DNA of 64,000 nucleotides from Heptranchias perlo (Eukaryota): positions 16,616,001 through 16,680,000 of the forward strand of contig NC_090339.1 in NCBI RefSeq assembly GCF_035084215.1. The letters run 5' to 3'. The position numbers and the translations under genes are program-made. The notes beneath the pieces were generated by a model. It was not told the origin of the DNA and did not search any database. It saw only the letters and a program-made list of their open reading frames with translations. This document shows positions 61,918 to 64,000 of this stretch, one piece after another (the first letter of the stretch is position 1; every line of letters begins with the position of its first letter).

Positions 61918-62115
61918 TTAGAATCATAGAATCATACAGCACAGAAGGGGGTCATTCGGCCCATCGTGCCTGTGCTGGCTCTTTGAAAGAGCTATCCAAT
62001 TAGCCCCACTCACTCGCTCTTTCCCCATAGCCCTGCAAATTTTTCCTTTTCAATATATATCCGACTCACTGCGTCCACCGTCCTTTCAGGCAGTGCATTC
62101 CAGATCGTAACAACA
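61918..62115 (-). mobile_element. CR1 3' end
   Basis: (TAGAATCA)n tail plus 3'UTR, revcomp homolog of 59690-59890. Confidence 0.85.
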
Positions 62116-62546
62116 TTTTTATGGTGTTATATAAACCTTTTGATAAGATTACTTTTATTATCTGTTGCTGTATATAAAGTGCACTCTACTTATAGTGGAC
62201 TTGGCTTATCCAGACAATCAGATAAATCTGCCTGAAGTCAATATATTAAAAGCTATGCCCATGTCATCGGTTTCTCAGGACAGGATTATCTCTTTGTCTA
62301 CACTGCTCCTTCAGACATGTCCCAACCAACTCTCTCCAGGCCTGATCTTTTTTTCCAGACGTGTCCCGACTCCATATTCTCCAGGTATAACTAATAAAAT
62401 GGACAGTGTTTACAGTGGGAAAACCAGCACCTGACCAATTAGTCTGTTATAAATGTTCATAACAGATAGAAAAGAGAAGGCTGACGGGTGGCTTAATAGA
62501 AGTCTTTAAAATTATAAAGGGGGTTAGGTTAGACATAGAGAAGATT

Positions 62547-64000
62547 GGGGGAAAAAAATTGGATAGGGCCTATTATTGGGCCAGGGTAGCCCGATCCGCT
62601 ATTGCTCTGCGCCCAATGGCCCCTGCGCAGGCAGGGCAAGACTTTCATCAGGCCTGAGGACTTACCTTCAAGCAGGGTTCCGAATCAGTGTTGACACAAG
62701 GATTCAATGCAATTCACACTTTCCACCAGCAGGGGGAGCCCCAATCTCTTAAAGGCAGGCTGTCTCTTAAAAATCTCTTAAAGGTAGCTGGTAGCTGTTA
62801 TTTGCTGAAAACAACATTCTGTTGTCTGCACGGAGTCTGAACGGAGATCAGACCTCGCACATGCAAAATACAGATGCAGCTCTCATCCGTATGTTTACGA
62901 ACTGATGAGTTATGTTATAACATTGATCGTGCACTACTAAATCCCACATCCTCCAATCTGCATGTCAGACCTCACCAATCTGCCGATCTGAGTTGATACC
63001 AGGCCTGCGAGAGTGCATGCACCAAGGTTCTCTGCTGATGCACTAGAGGCCTTGGTGCAAGAGGTGGACAGATGGAGGGATATCCTATATCCGCAGGGGG
63101 CTGGGGGGGGGGGGGTGGCAGGAGTTCCTCCAGACATATACCCAAATGGCAGCAGGAGGCAAGCGCACAGCATCGTGAACATGGATGCAGTGCAGGAAGA
63201 AGCTCAATTCTTTGACATGAGTGGTCAAGGTGAGTGCGGTCAACTGTCAAGTGGCGTCTCCTACCAATCGCGCCACTAGCTGCATCCACTGCTCCACGCA
63301 CTATACCCCCCCCACCCCCCCCATCACCCACATACCAACAAACTCTTTCCATCAGTACTCAACTCTTCCAATCTGATGCTTCCTCTCACCCTTACACATT
63401 ACCACTGTTTCAAGCCACCCACCCACAACTCACAGGCCACACACACTGGCAGCTATTCAACCATGGCAGGCTCATCACTCAGACACACGACCGGCTTTCT
63501 TGCAGGAGAAGGTGGCGCATATCATGAGGCAGCAAGTGGCAGTGGCATTTAGCCCCTCGAGCCTGTTCCGCCATTCAATGAGATCATGGTGGACCTGTGA
63601 CCTAACTCCATATACTCGACTTAGCCCCATATCTCTTAATACCCTTGGTTCCCAGAAATCTATCAATCTCAGATGTAGAATTCATAATTGAGCTAGCATC
63701 AGCTGCCGTATGCAGAAAAGCATTCCAAACTTCCCTCACCCTTTGCATGTAGAAGCATTTCCTAACTTTGCTCCTGCACATCCTGGCTCTAAATGTTAGG
63801 CTATGTCTCCTAGTCCTAATATTCAAGTATAGGAGACCTCGAAAAACAGCTACAAATGTCTCGGCAGCCAGAAGCAATAATCCAGCCACTAACCTGTGAA
63901 TACTGCATGATCCCTTTAAATAGCACTGGAGGGGGTCCTCCAGACACTCTAAGATATGTTCAGCTCTGCGAGGTTAAGACTGTGCGTTGAGTTGAGCGTT
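62547..64000 (+). mobile_element. Non-autonomous Harbinger-CR1 chimera, copy 4 (runs off the window end)
   Basis: Same left end, Myb exon 1 relic, intron 63230-63505, CR1 junction at ~63546 and right arm as copies 2 and 3. Confidence 0.9.

Noticed and set aside
1-64000. CRISPR array, operon or other prokaryotic system
   Set aside because: There are no regularly spaced repeats. Spliceosomal introns, LINEs, SINEs and CpG depletion show vertebrate nuclear DNA.

Overview
This is repeat-dense vertebrate DNA, with no host protein-coding exon that I can support. The repeat set (microsatellite-tailed CR1 LINEs, L2 tails, Deu-domain-type tRNA SINEs, many PIF/Harbinger elements) suggests a cartilaginous fish such as a shark (inference). 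Four things stand out. (1) Element A (24564-28762) is a young, CpG-rich, almost intact autonomous Harbinger with 16-bp TIRs and an AAT TSD. It carries a DDE transposase broken by a single TAG and a convergent, intact 3-exon Myb/SANT-like gene. (2) Element B (44904-48577) is a decayed autonomous-type Harbinger nested inside a MITE. (3) A non-autonomous B-related family appears four times (3484-5251, 29985-31669, 55608-57271, 62547-end). Its centre has been replaced by a CR1 LINE 3' end, so it is a DNA transposon that amplified while carrying LINE cargo between two convergent promoter arms. (4) The window also holds several older Harbinger relics, fully palindromic MITEs with 3-bp TSDs, a Gypsy pol relic and multi-layer nested insertions. 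Boundaries of old repeats are approximate, and family names come from motif recognition, not from a database search.
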